Source: Eledone cirrhosa
Lineage: Eukaryota
DNA length: 64,000 nucleotides
Assembly (NCBI GenBank): GCA_964016885.1
Contig: OZ024740.1
Span: 380,432,001-380,496,000 of the forward strand
Direction: 5' to 3'
This document shows, in pieces, positions 14,198 through 31,842 of this stretch. Position 1 is the first letter of the stretch; every line of letters begins with the position of its first letter. The notes under the pieces were generated by a model. It was not told the DNA's origin, made no database searches, and was given only the letters and a program-made list of their open reading frames with translations. The position numbers and the translations under genes were made by a program.

Positions 14198-14336
14198 TCA
14201 TCATTTTACGATCGTTTCTAGGATATATATGTGTTAGAGTTGGTATGCATATTCTATAGATCTATGTACAATATTTATACAAACTATCAGAGGGAATATA
14301 CATACCTACACATATATATGCTGTCTTCAGAAATAA
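14198..14336 (-). ncRNA. Type I hammerhead with long stem II (inverted copy)
   Basis: Reverse complement of 14365-14506. Confidence 0.7.
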
Positions 14337-14364
14337 AGATTTGTTTATAAATAATAAACAAATA

Positions 14365-14506
14365 TCATTATTTCTGAAGACAGCATATATATGTGTAGAT
14401 ATGTATATTCCCTCTGATAGTTTGTATAAATATTGTACATAGATCTATAGAATATGCATACCAACTCTAACACATATATATCCTAGAAACGATCGTAAAA
14501 TGATGA
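14365..14506 (+). ncRNA. Type I hammerhead with about 105-nt stem II
   Basis: tcattattt CTGAAGA [atatatatgtgt...atgtatattc...gaatatgcat...acacatatatat] GAAA cgatcg TA aaatgatga. Confidence 0.75.
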
Positions 14507-14696
14507 ATTTTTTTTAATATAAGGAACTGTTTCTTTGTTTATTCATTATTTTATTAATTTATCTTGACTCTGTTTTCCGTTTATTTTTCACCGAAAGTAG
14601 TTTTTGAATGCATCTTCTCTTTTCATGATATCCGGATTACATTGAGTTCTTCATACGTATTGGACACTACCGTAAACTTTTGGTAGATTTATCTAC

Positions 14697-16541
<1,845 letters not shown>

Positions 16542-16822
16542 AGTATGTATACGTATTTACATATATCCGTACAGACGTACAGTAGTATGTATATATATAT
16601 ACATACATGCACACATATATATATATATGTACGTATGGTTGTACCGAACATTTATTATAATGTTCGGTTTGTTTGTAAACAAACAGCTCGAATTACGCCG
16701 TACAGTGCTCGGCAACCATCGTCGCCCTTTTGTTCAACACTGTCAACAATATCTTTTGCAATTGCATTCTTTTTTCTATGTCCATACCTGCATTGTTTTG
16801 GGTTTATTATACATATTCAAAC

Positions 16823-18318
<1,496 letters not shown>

Positions 18319-18400
18319 GTGGACTACCTACAACAATAATCTGTTACCCCATATATATATATATTTGTGAGAAAACCACAGACCCTCCATCTCAACTCTA

Positions 18401-18436
18401 CTTTTGAAAAGCAGAAGAACTGCGAAACCGGTAAAG
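18401..18436 (+). ncRNA. Minimal hammerhead, U3-A8 core variant
   Basis: ctt TTGAAAA gcag aagaa ctgc GAAA ccgg TA aag. Confidence 0.65.
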
Positions 18437-18574
18437 GAACCAAATAAATATATATATATTTTTTTAAATAAGACTCCAGTTGCATTTTCGATTTCATCTA
18501 TTTTTCTTTATACTTTCACTCGTGTAGGACACAGGTTATTTTTTATTTTGTAAAAAAAAAACAGTTTCTAATAA

Positions 18575-19475
<901 letters not shown>

Positions 19476-19517
19476 TATATATATATATATATATATACAT
19501 ATATAAATATATATATG

Positions 19518-19561
<44 letters not shown>

Positions 19562-19622
19562 TAAGTAAATTTTTATAATTTTCTTATTTTACGTCTTTCA
19601 TATATATATATATATATATATA

Positions 19623-19674
<52 letters not shown>

Positions 19675-19688
19675 TAAGTATGTATACG

Positions 19689-19731
<43 letters not shown>

Positions 19732-19736
19732 ATGTA

Positions 19737-19805
<69 letters not shown>

Positions 19806-19808
<3 letters not shown>

Positions 19809-20190
19809 TAAGTTAAAAATGTACATCTACATATGCATACTGAAATACTAGTGTGCATATGAATACACACACGTATACATATGTAGATGTAACAAGTCTT
19901 TCACTGGTTGCTTTACTGTGAGCAACCCAGGTATTCTGTATGTAAACACACAGACAAACCGGTTTTTAGAGTCATACTGGTTTTCGAGGAAACACCTTCC
20001 CTCTATTCTCCAGAAAGCCAGACAAGGAATATTGAACTAGTTTCGTTGTTGTTACAACTCATCAGCAATATTTACCTATCTACCGGCCTTTTTGGAGAAT
20101 TGTAAAAGCACATATCGTTATATGCTTTTTCTATGAAAATTAGTAGTGGGCAGACTAATTTGCATAGAGTGTGAGTACGCACCGGTTCTT
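19806..20190 (-). mobile_element. Dispersed copy of the 468-bp hammerhead repeat (subfamily A)
   Basis: Matches the unit of the 60387-62463 array, including the ribozyme. Confidence 0.85.
20028..20072 (-). ncRNA. Type I hammerhead (subfamily A)
   Basis: Minus strand: aatattg CTGATGA gttgt aaca acaac GAAA ctag TT caatatt. Confidence 0.88.
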
Positions 20191-20480
20191 AACTCACTCG
20201 ATATGCAAATTAGGCTGCTCAACCGTTAATTTTCGTAAGGAAAGTATATACTTTCGAGCGTTCAACTATCTGGCAGAAGGGTATACGGTGCTGATGATAG
20301 CTAACAAGCTTGAAACTAGTACATCGTTCCTGTGTCAGTGTTGAACAAAAAGGTGACGTGGTTGCCTTAACACCGTACGGCATAAAATTCAGGCTGTTCA
20401 GTTTGTTTACAAACGAACAAAGCGGCGTTATAATAAGCGTCCGCTAAACTGATACGTGCATATATGTATGTGTACCAGTA

Positions 20481-20536
<56 letters not shown>

Positions 20537-20649
20537 TGCTACTGTACGTCTGTATACATATATGTATGTACGTATACACACATACTTACATTTAAGTAAG
20601 TGCCGTACTAAGAGTGAGAAATGAAATTTCGTTTTCATTTTATTTCAAC

Positions 20650-20650
<1 letters not shown>
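20190..20650 (+). mobile_element. Hammerhead repeat, divergent subfamily B, head-to-head with subfamily A
   Basis: aactcactcgatatgcaaattaggctgc is homologous to the reverse complement of A; also present at 29867-30900. Confidence 0.8.
20285..20327 (+). ncRNA. Type I hammerhead (subfamily B)
   Basis: acggtg CTGATGA t agct aaca agct t GAAA ctag TA catcgt. Confidence 0.85.
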
Positions 20651-20681
<31 letters not shown>

Positions 20682-20736
20682 ACAGATTTTAGTCTTCACA
20701 TTTATTATTATTACTATATATATATATATATTCCAG

Positions 20737-20843
20737 AGAAAAACAACCAAATTAATGTAGCTGACTACTGCTTAGACGGTCAGATATTTGCTACTGGAGG
20801 AACAGACTTAGCTATTAGGTTGTACGATTCAAGAACGATGCAG
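20737..20843 (+). CDS. WD40-repeat protein, exon C (EKNNQINVADYCLDGQIFATGGTDLAIRLYDSRTMQ)
   Basis: Acceptor ttccAG, donor CAG|GTAAGT; phase 1 in, phase 0 out; FATGGTDxxIRLYD WD40 motif. Too short for the ORF track. Confidence 0.9.
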
Positions 20844-23800
20844 GTAAGTGACTATTTTTATACATATATTATTGTCAATTTAAAAATCAAAAACTGTACT
20901 CATTATGTTGCATGGAAAAATATATGGATAAATTACATTTACTGTCATTTGAGTCAAGCAGTTATTGAACAAATATAATTTATTAATTAATGCCATAAAA
21001 GTGTTGGAAACTAAATGTTTTATTTTGTATGTTTTTTTTTGTTTTTTTTTTGTTTTTGTATATAAGGAAATCAAACGAGTTTCTTTCAGACTTGTGAGAT
21101 TGATTGTGTTGGTGGCTAGCTACAACATAGATAAGTGGATATCGCCAAGTATTAATAACATGAGGGTTGTAGGGTGCATGGGAGAGAAAGCATGAAGGAA
21201 AGTGGTTAGTGCAATATTTAGAAGATCACAGAGTTGCGTCTCCACGGGGGGAGGGGGTTTAACAAGTTCAATGAAATAGCAAAGTTTATTGTAATATCGG
21301 TGAAAGAACTAGAGAAAGGAAGCCGCATATATATGAGCAAGTGGCTCACTTAATCGTGTTGATAAAAGATTCTTTAGTGATCAATAAAACGGCTTTCTTT
21401 GGGCTGACGCCTATGATGTTCGTGGAAATTTCTTTATCTTTGTAGAGGGTTCTGACCCTGAAGCGGGCGTCTTGTTTTCACTGATGAAGTTATATAAGGT
21501 TGCTATATACGATCATCAGAGATTTCGAGGCTTAACGTTTACAATGATATTTGTGTATGTTAAGTTGTTTGTTTTTCATTACTAAAGATAGTGAGACACA
21601 TGACTGTGTCCATGTTATATGTTGCGATTGGATCTTTGCACTTTGAAGGTTTCCAGTTAGTCAATCCCCAATTGATAGATTGTCTCGATGTACGATGTAC
21701 TTCTGGCATGATGTATTTAGATTGAGCTTAGGATGACATCTGTGTTTGGGGAGTTAAGGAGTAGTAAAAAGGAATACCATTTGTAGAGTAATGAATGTTA
21801 GTAGTTACATCACGTAAATCACTACTGTAGAAAAGTGGGATTACAGAGACATAACTGGACATTGAAGGAGTTTCGTGTTGGAATTGTGTCAATTGGAAAA
21901 CATCCCGTCTGTACATTCTGCACAGTCTGACAGGAATCGCCGTTCCAAAACACGAATGATCGATGACGATCATATGTGAGCAACCTAGTAAAAAGACACC
22001 CATATAAAACATGATTAGAAATTAGCTGATGTCAAGTGTAAGTTATCAAGAAAAGAAACCACTTGCAAGTAATATCAACGAACAAATGTGTCCCTGGAAG
22101 TAATACAGTTAGTCATCGAGAAGGGCGAAATAACTAAGATGATGAAGGAGGGGATTGTTTATAATATTTTCTATTGCCTTTGAGATGTGAGAACTATAAG
22201 TCTGATAGCATTTCCTTAAGTTGTTTCTGCAGGTTTCTTTCAGAAAAGATTATTGTATATGTATGTTTACTCATTGTTGAAATTTACCTATCTTTTTCTG
22301 TTTTCGTTGTAAAGTGTAATAATGTGGGAAATTTTATTGATTTAATGATATTGCCTATTAACTTTAACTGATATTGTCAACTGATATTGCGAGTCGTTTT
22401 TAAAAAAAATGTTTGTTTGTTTTGGGATGAGGGCTTCGTAATATTTGATAAGAGAATCACTTCCAACTAGTAATTGAAACTAGGTGGTAGACATTGCTGA
22501 TTCTATCTATAACGTGCGCTAGGAGAAAAAGTTGAAGAAATAAAAAGATCTTAAATAAATAATTACTAGACTATAGAAAAAACCACATTGGAAGGTAATA
22601 AATTATAGCTGAAAATTGAAGTAGTCAAAACAAACTCTTCTCTCACTATCCTTCTACAACACTCTTCAAACCATCTCAAAATGTTTTCTTCTCATTAGCC
22701 AAAATTTTATCATGTATAAGTCGGCAGAAAGTATAGAAATGTCGATTTCTCTTGGTTTAATTCATAGTTTTATTATTGAATGCCATCTTTCTTTTTTTAA
22801 TTAACTAAATGTTGATATACATGACACGTCTGCTAGTGTTGTTTAGACTGAGGTGAACCGTGCAAATATGTTCAAAGGTATTCCAGCCTTGATCATCCCA
22901 TTTGCAGATCTGTCAACTCTCCCCGTCCGACAGGGAGATCTTCCACCCACTTTGGGGTGGGTGAGGTATGTCTTCTCTTGTGAAAATGGGTATAGCTTTC
23001 ATTATGTAAAATCTCCACATTTTGCTTCATTTCTTCCAGTTTGGAGTCACTTTTTTGATGGTACTCCCGTTTGGGATTTTAGAGGTTGGCAGGTCTGCAT
23101 TTGTTTTCTTTTACTATTTTTTTTTTTTACCGAGCAGTGTATACATGGATTACATTATGAAATGTGTTCTTATATTCATAAGATAGTAATGTATGATTTG
23201 AAAGAGATTCAGCTGTCAATTTTGGCAGGTTAAGCGACCACGAAGACGCTTCAGCTTAGTGCGTAGTAAATCCTAATATCTACTTTGTCTTTACACTTAT
23301 TAATGGATACAGAAATCCCTTCACTATGTATTATCTATATATATTTCACAGATAATAAAGTATTGTTGACAATAGATCACGTACGCATTAGAAATGAGCC
23401 AATTTAATAAGGGTGACAACTCAAATGTTTAAAAAATCTCACCCATTATATTTTAATTCACCGGAGTCCCAATAAATTAAAATATTAGTTAAGCAATACA
23501 GTATGAGAGTGTTCAATTATCGTCAATGACATTGTTTTGTCTATATCTCTGGGTCCTTCAGGTTCTCTGTGTAAATTTCTGTATTACTTAGTGGATGTTT
23601 TTGCCTGAATGTCTGCTCGACTATATCTATGGGTATTACAACATTGCTGATGGTCTATTTTGAATTCTATTTCACTAAATGTCCAGATCTATATCTGTGT
23701 CACTGTAGGGTTTGTTGTTGTTTTTTCTGTCTGTTTGTATCTGGGTACTTTACCTGCATTATTGCCGGGGTTTTAAAAATATTGACAACTGTTCAGAAGA

Positions 23801-23957
23801 CAAGAGGTGTACAATTCCAAAGATGTCGGTATATGAAATCTTGAACGTGAGCCAGAACTTAAACACATACAATATACATTTAACGAGTGAACAATAGGAA
23901 AAGAGAGAATGAGGGAAAGGTTTCTTAAAACAAATTTTCTGAAAATCAATGTTGCAG

Positions 23958-24089
23958 ATTTTACGGACATATGGAGGAGAAGATTCCCATGACAGAGAGG
24001 AATATTGCACAAATCGTATTTATTCTCTGAAGTTCAGCCCTGAATATAATGATATTTTCATTACAGGTGGTTGGGACAAAAGTATTAAG
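23958..24089 (+). CDS. WD40-repeat protein, exon D (ILRTYGGEDSHDREEYCTNRIYSLKFSPEYNDIFITGGWDKSIK)
   Basis: Acceptor ttgcAG, donor AAG|GTAAGT; 132 bp, phase 0/0; IYSLKFSP...FITGGWDKSIK WD40 motif. Confidence 0.9.
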
Positions 24090-24893
24090 GTAAGTCCTAA
24101 TTACTGCTAATATTTAGTTATCGTCGCTCGAGTTTTCTTCTTTATTTTCTTTTTGTTACGTGTTAATATGGTACAATATTTCAAACAACAAATTCACAAA
24201 TACACATAACTTCAATAGTGGTCTGATAACGTAAAATAACTAACATTTGCAAAATAGGTCAATGTGATCACATATGCTTACTAATGCTCATTTTCTTTTA
24301 TTTGAAAAGCTGGCACCATTCAGTCTAAAGAAGGGAATCTTTTACAGTTTATCAGAGATTAACTAGCTTCTTCAGTCATTCTGCTCTAGTCTCTCAAAGG
24401 AGACCACCAAAAACAGTTCGTTTCAGCAAGAAGAGAGATGTAGTTTTTAACCAAACACGCCGGCCCTCTCTCTTGACAAGGGCACGCTAGCTTTATTCCC
24501 ATTGACACTTCGATACACAACTGTAAATGTCATCTTTCAAACTTTTACACACACGCATACACAACAATAACACAGCCTTGTTTTCTTATTCTATCATCAA
24601 TAGCTTCGTACATTCAATTAGCGATTTGGTTTTTATTTCATTACTTATGTGATAAGGGTAAATTACCCAGAGGATAATCATATCATAGTAAACCCTATTG
24701 CTAACTTGCACACCAGCAATCTCTGGTCACACACGCAAGACACATCTATCTTAATTCGCCTACACACTACACAACCGTGACCACATCACAAAGTAATCCA
24801 GATGTGAACATGACAATAGAACGAACCACCACAACACACATCATATCATGACTCGCTTCATTTAAATAACCTTTGTCACTACAAGTCTACTTG

Positions 24894-25030
<137 letters not shown>

Positions 25031-25031
25031 T

Positions 25032-25062
<31 letters not shown>

Positions 25063-25065
25063 ATT

Positions 25066-25118
<53 letters not shown>

Positions 25119-25129
25119 ATATTTATATA

Positions 25130-28100
25130 TCATCATCATCATCATCGTTTAACGTCCGTGTTCCACGCTTGCATGGGTTTGGACGGGAGTTTTCCCACTT
25201 GAGGCAAGAGTGGTTGTCATTGCTCGCTTAGGACTGTCTGGCGGGTTTTCTACAGTTGGATGCCCTTCCTAACACCAACCACATTTACAGTGTGGGACTG
25301 GGAGGTTTTTACCATGTTGCCTACACGGCCACATTACAGCGTGGACTGTGTGTTTTTTTGTCATGACACTTACACGATCTCATTTGTTTCGGCCTGGATG
25401 TTGTGGCACCAACATAACTTTACATTGAAAGGGGCGGTGTGGATGGGGTGGGGGTGGTGGGACGGGGGTGTATTTTGTTAGAGATGCCTACTGACTGTAG
25501 TAGGTTTTACTTTGTATTTAGTTAAGGCGGGTCTTCTCTATTACTGAGTACCGCCAAAGGTCTCGGTCCAGTGACATTGTCTTGGAGAGGTGTAAGTGTG
25601 TGAGGTCGGAATTTATCAGCTCGTCCCAGGTTTTTCTGGGTCTGCCTACTCCGTGGCTACCGTCTATCTTTATTGCCCTGCACTTTGTTATACAGCTGTT
25701 GTCTTTCATGCGCATCACGTGACCATACCAACGTAGCCTTCTCTCGAGTAAACAACATCTGATCCCTCTTATTTCTAATTTTTTCCTTAGTTCGTTTATG
25801 CTTTGCCGTTCACGTATATTACTATTACACATCCAGCGGAGCATGCAAGCTTCGTTCCTCTCTAGTCTGCGTATATCCTCTGCACACAATGCCCAGGTCT
25901 CACTGCTGTTCGTATGCAGGCATTATACAACCTGCCTTCATTTTTAGGGAGAACCCTTTAGCGGCTAATAGTGGTATAAGCTCTCTGAACTTTTTCCAAC
26001 TTTCAGAGCACCCTCCCCCACTGCTGATTTTGTCACCCAGGTAACGGGAGCTGTCCACTATTTCTATAGAACCCTCTGCGCAATTGAAAGAGCTAGTATT
26101 TTGTGGGCACTTGCTGCTACTTATTACACCAGAGCACTGGCCACATGTAAAATCTATGTTCTTAGTTAGCTTACCTGTGATCCCACTACATCTTTTATGC
26201 ACCCATACTTTGCATTTGGGACATAAAATGGAGTTTCTACCTACGCCTTTCCTACACACTGAGTATGGCCATTTCCCGGAAGGGACCGGCGCCTTATTTT
26301 CTTTCCTACATACTAGAACTTTAGTCTTAGCCAGGTTAATTTTAAGGCCTTTTGATTCTAGGCCGTGCTTCCATGTTTGGAATTTCTTCTCTAGCTCGGC
26401 CATTGATTCAGCTATGAGCGTTAGATCATCTGCGTATAAGAGTTCCCATGGGCAGCCGGTCTTGAACTCCTCTGTTATAGCCTGAAGGGCAATAATAAAT
26501 AGTAGGGGGCTAAGAACAGAGCCCTGATGGACACCAACTTTTACGCTAAACTCTTCACTATATTCGTTGTTAATTCTAACCTTGCTGACTGTTTCTTTAT
26601 ACATGGTTTGTATAGCTCTCACAAGCCATTCGTCAACACCTAGTTTTCTAAGAGCCCACCAGATAATGGAACGGGGGACTCTGTCGAAGGCTTTCTCCAA
26701 GTCGACAAAAGCTAAGTATAGGGGTTTACTTTTAGCTAGGTACTTCTCCTGTAGTTGTCGTACAATGAAAAGAGCGTCTGTGGTACTTTTGCCTGACACA
26801 AACCCGAACTGTATTTCATCTAGATCAATTCTCTCTCTGATTAGTTGCGCTATTACTTTTTCCGTGACCTTCATGACCTGGTCGATTAATTTAATGCCTC
26901 TATAGTTACTCCTAACTAGGGCGTCTCCTTTACCCTTGTAACAGTTAATGATGATGCTGCTACGCCAGTCCTTCGGAACAACCCCATTCTGTATGACTTG
27001 GTTTACTATCCGGGTGACCATGGTGTGTCCCACCGTTCCAGAGGCTTTCAGCATCTCAGCAACTATTTCCGAAGGCCCAGCCGCCTTATCCGTCTTCATA
27101 TCTTTGATTGCCTTACTTATTATACTACCTTCGACTAACACTACTGGTCCCTCTATTGGGTCGATGTGGAGGAGACTGTCTTTCTCCCATCTATTTTCCT
27201 CATTTAGTAGCCTTTCGTAGTGACACTTCCAAGCTACCTTCTTATCAGCGTCAGTGATGGCAAGTACGCCATCATCGTTAAGTACACACTTCTCCCCGAC
27301 AATATCACGGTTTTCCTTGACACATTGCCTAGCAATCTGGAACACCTCACGTTTTTGGTCCTCACGTTGTAGAACATGCTTGAACTTTCTTTCCTCTGCT
27401 TCCATTCTTGCGAAGTACACTTGTCTCCGAGCTTCCCTCCTGGCCACTTGATAGTCTTCTCTACTTCCCCCATCCCGCCATGCTTTCCAAGCCTGCTTTT
27501 TGGCCTTGATTGACCCCTCCACCTTACTGTTCTACCACCATGTTACTCTCCTCCTACCTACAGGCCTGCTCCAGCCACAGACTTCGTCTGCCGCCATCAG
27601 CAAGTTTGCTTTCAGGAATTCCCACTGTTCCTCTACATTGTACGACTCTAATTGCTCTTCCTTACTGTCGAAAGCAATAAGTAAGATGCTTTGAAATTTA
27701 TTTCTGGCTGTGGGGTCCTTTAGCTTCCATATTTTTCTCCTGAGGAGAGTGCTCTTCTGCTGTCTAGTACGTCTCGTCCTGACTATGAGGTCGCTAATTA
27801 TCAGTCTATGTTGGGAGGTGCAATCTTCATGGGGGAGGGATTTAGTGTTCACAACAGACACTCTGTCACGTCTTCTGGTAAGGATATAATCTACCTGGAT
27901 GGTATGTTCGCCTGATCTGTAGGTGATCAAGTGATTGTCTCGTTTTTTGAAGTTAGTGTTACAGATAGTTAGGTTATTTGCATCACAGAATTCCAGGATT
28001 CTGGAGCCTTCCCCGTTTATAGTTCCAAACCCATAGCCTCCGTGGATTCTGTCATAGCCGTCACAATGTTGTCCAACGTGGCCATTTAGGTCGCCAGCAA

Positions 28101-28478
28101 TAATTATATAGTCACTGTCGGTTATTTGGGAGGTAGTGAGCATCAGTGTCTCATAGAATCTGTCTTTTATAGCGCCAGGCAGTCCGGATTGGGGCGCGTA
28201 TGCAGATATTACTGTCACAGTAGTTCTGTTTAGAACAAGTCTTATTTTAATTATTCTGTCATTCACTCTATTTTCATCTATTATCTTATCCACCCATTTT
28301 TCTGCTAACATGATTCCTACCCCACCTATCCCATTGTCATTTCCCACCCAGAAAAGCTTATAGCAACGTTTTTTACCCACAATGAATCTAGCAGACCCGC
28401 CCCTCCACCTGGTCTCTTGGATACAGAAAACATCAACCTCCTTACGTTCAAGCAATTCTACAACCTCGTTAGAGCGGC
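25130..28478 (-). mobile_element. RTE-clade non-LTR retrotransposon, 5'-truncated, with APE + RT + PHD-like finger
   Basis: APE motifs CIQETRW, AYAPQ, AGDLNGH, VDYIL. RT motifs NYRGIKL, QFGF, FVDLEKAFDRV, GVHQGSVLSP, LYADDL. C-terminal LRWYGHV and GRPRKTW. 3' (GAT)n tail at 25130-25145. In-frame TAG at 27532-27534 (WW*N) and a frameshift near 25900-25935. Confidence 0.93.
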
Positions 28479-28481
28479 CTT

Positions 28482-28513
<32 letters not shown>

Positions 28514-28538
28514 TTATATATATATTTATATATATATT

Positions 28539-28575
<37 letters not shown>

Positions 28576-28652
28576 ATATTTATATATATATTTATATATA
28601 TATATATATTTATATATATATTTATATATATATATATATTTATATAAATATT

Positions 28653-28683
<31 letters not shown>

Positions 28684-28700
28684 TTATATATATATATATA

Positions 28701-29478
28701 AATACAAATAAATTATCGAGAATCGGAATCTCGGCTCACGAAATAACGAAACACAATCTTCGAAAAGTGTGGCAAAGTGCTCAATAGTTTGGGTAAACCA
28801 GAGCTATAACTAACGTTTAAATACCAACACACTGAGATAATGCTTAAAATCATTCGCACAGCCGAAAAAACAACCAAGAAAATTCGGGTCAGACAAATAA
28901 TAATATATATGAATGAAAAATCTTTACCCGGACCCGCTAGAATGATGGTAAATTCTAGCATTTTGGTTTCTGCGGCTCCTAAATCAGTTACCGTCAACTT
29001 ACATAAAAAATATCCGGCTTCTGGTAGAATGATGAACGAGGAACCTCTTTCTCAATAGGCATTTCGTTCAAAAAAATACAAGGGAACCAGTTACTAAATC
29101 CACGTGGGGTCTAGCAAGGGAAGGAACCCCTATATTAGGCGAATGAATTCAGTAGTGTATATTGTTGTAAAAATACAAAATATCAAATATCGAATTAGAG
29201 TTCTCAACAGACGGGTTAAAATTAACATGAGCTATTCATCAGTCAATAAGATCAACTAAATAATCAATAAAATTAACTGGTGAATAGCTAAAGACTGGAA
29301 ATAAATACAAATAAATTATCGAGAATCGGAATCTCGGCCCACGAAATAACAAAACACAATCTTCGAAAAGTGTGGCAAAGTTTTCAATAGTTTGGGTAAA
29401 CCAGAGCTATAACTAACGTTTAAATACCAACACACTGAGATAATGCTTAAAATCCTTCGCACAGCCGAAAAAACGACA
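28701..29478. repeat. About 603-bp repeat unit plus partial tandem copy (same family as 18895-19475)
   Basis: aatacaaataaattatcgagaatcgg occurs at 28701 and again at 29304. Confidence 0.8.
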
Positions 29479-29484
29479 AAGCAA

Positions 29485-29516
<32 letters not shown>

Positions 29517-29518
29517 AT

Positions 29519-29550
<32 letters not shown>

Positions 29551-29567
29551 TATATATATATATATAT

Positions 29568-29599
<32 letters not shown>

Positions 29600-29625
29600 T
29601 ATATATACATATATTTATATATATA

Positions 29626-29674
<49 letters not shown>

Positions 29675-29701
29675 ATTTATATATATATATTTATATATAT
29701 A

Positions 29702-29752
<51 letters not shown>

Positions 29753-29765
29753 ATTTATATATATA

Positions 29766-29818
<53 letters not shown>

Positions 29819-29978
29819 TTATATATATTTATATATATATTTATATATATATATATATATTTATAAGTTGAAAAAAATGAAAACGAAATTTCATTTCTCA
29901 CTCTTAGTATGGCACTTACTTAAATGTAAGTATGTATGTATACGTACATACATATATGTATACAGACGTACAGTAGCA

Positions 29979-30046
<68 letters not shown>

Positions 30047-30214
30047 TACACATATGCACACAGGTACACATACATATATGCACGCATCAGTTTAGCCGAC
30101 GTTTATTATAACGCAGCTTTGTTCGTTTGTTTGTCAACAAACAGATCAGCCTGAATTTATGCCATACGGTGTTAAGGCAACCACGTCACCTTTTTGTTCA
30201 ACACTGACACAGGA

Positions 30215-30257
30215 ACGATGTACTAGTTTCAAGCTTGTTAGCTATCATCAGCACCGT
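30215..30257 (-). ncRNA. Type I hammerhead (subfamily B)
   Basis: Reverse complement of the 20285-20327 motif. Confidence 0.85.
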
Positions 30258-30361
30258 TTACCCATCTGCCAGATAGCTGAACATTCGAAAGTATATACTT
30301 TCCTTATGAAACTGATGCGTGCATATATGTATGTGTACCTGTGTGCATACGTGTATATATG

Positions 30362-30439
<78 letters not shown>

Positions 30440-30674
30440 TGCTACTGTACGTCTGTATACATATATGTATGTACGTATACATACATACTTACATTTAAGT
30501 AAGTGCCATACTAAGAGTGAGAAATGAAATTTCGTTTTCATTTTTTTCAACTTATCGTTTTCGGTATGCCTGACCGATTTAACTCACTCAATATGCAAAT
30601 TAGGCTGCTCAGCCGTTAATTTTCATAAGGAAAGTATATACTTTCGAACGTTCAACTATCTGGCAGATGGGTAA

Positions 30675-30717
30675 ACGGTGCTGATGATAGCTAACAAGCT
30701 TGAAACTAGTACATCGT
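30675..30717 (+). ncRNA. Type I hammerhead (subfamily B)
   Basis: acggtg CTGATGA tagctaacaagctt GAAA ctag TA catcgt. Confidence 0.85.
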
Positions 30718-30891
30718 TCCTGTGTCAGTGTTGAACAAAAAGGTGACGTGGTTGCCTTAACACCGTATGGCATAAATTCAGGCTGTTCTGTTTGTTGACA
30801 AACAAACGAACAAAGCTGCGTTATAATAAACGTCGGCTAAACTGATGCGTGCATATATGTATGTGTACCTGTGTGCATATGTGTATATATG

Positions 30892-31842
<951 letters not shown>

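Noticed and set aside
21475-21530. CTGATGA with nearby hairpin
   Set aside because: No GAAA or stem III in the required position.
26084-27694. Plus-strand ORFs overlapping the RTE (and similar antisense ORFs over CR1/PLE)
   Set aside because: Antisense shadows of retroelement coding sequence.
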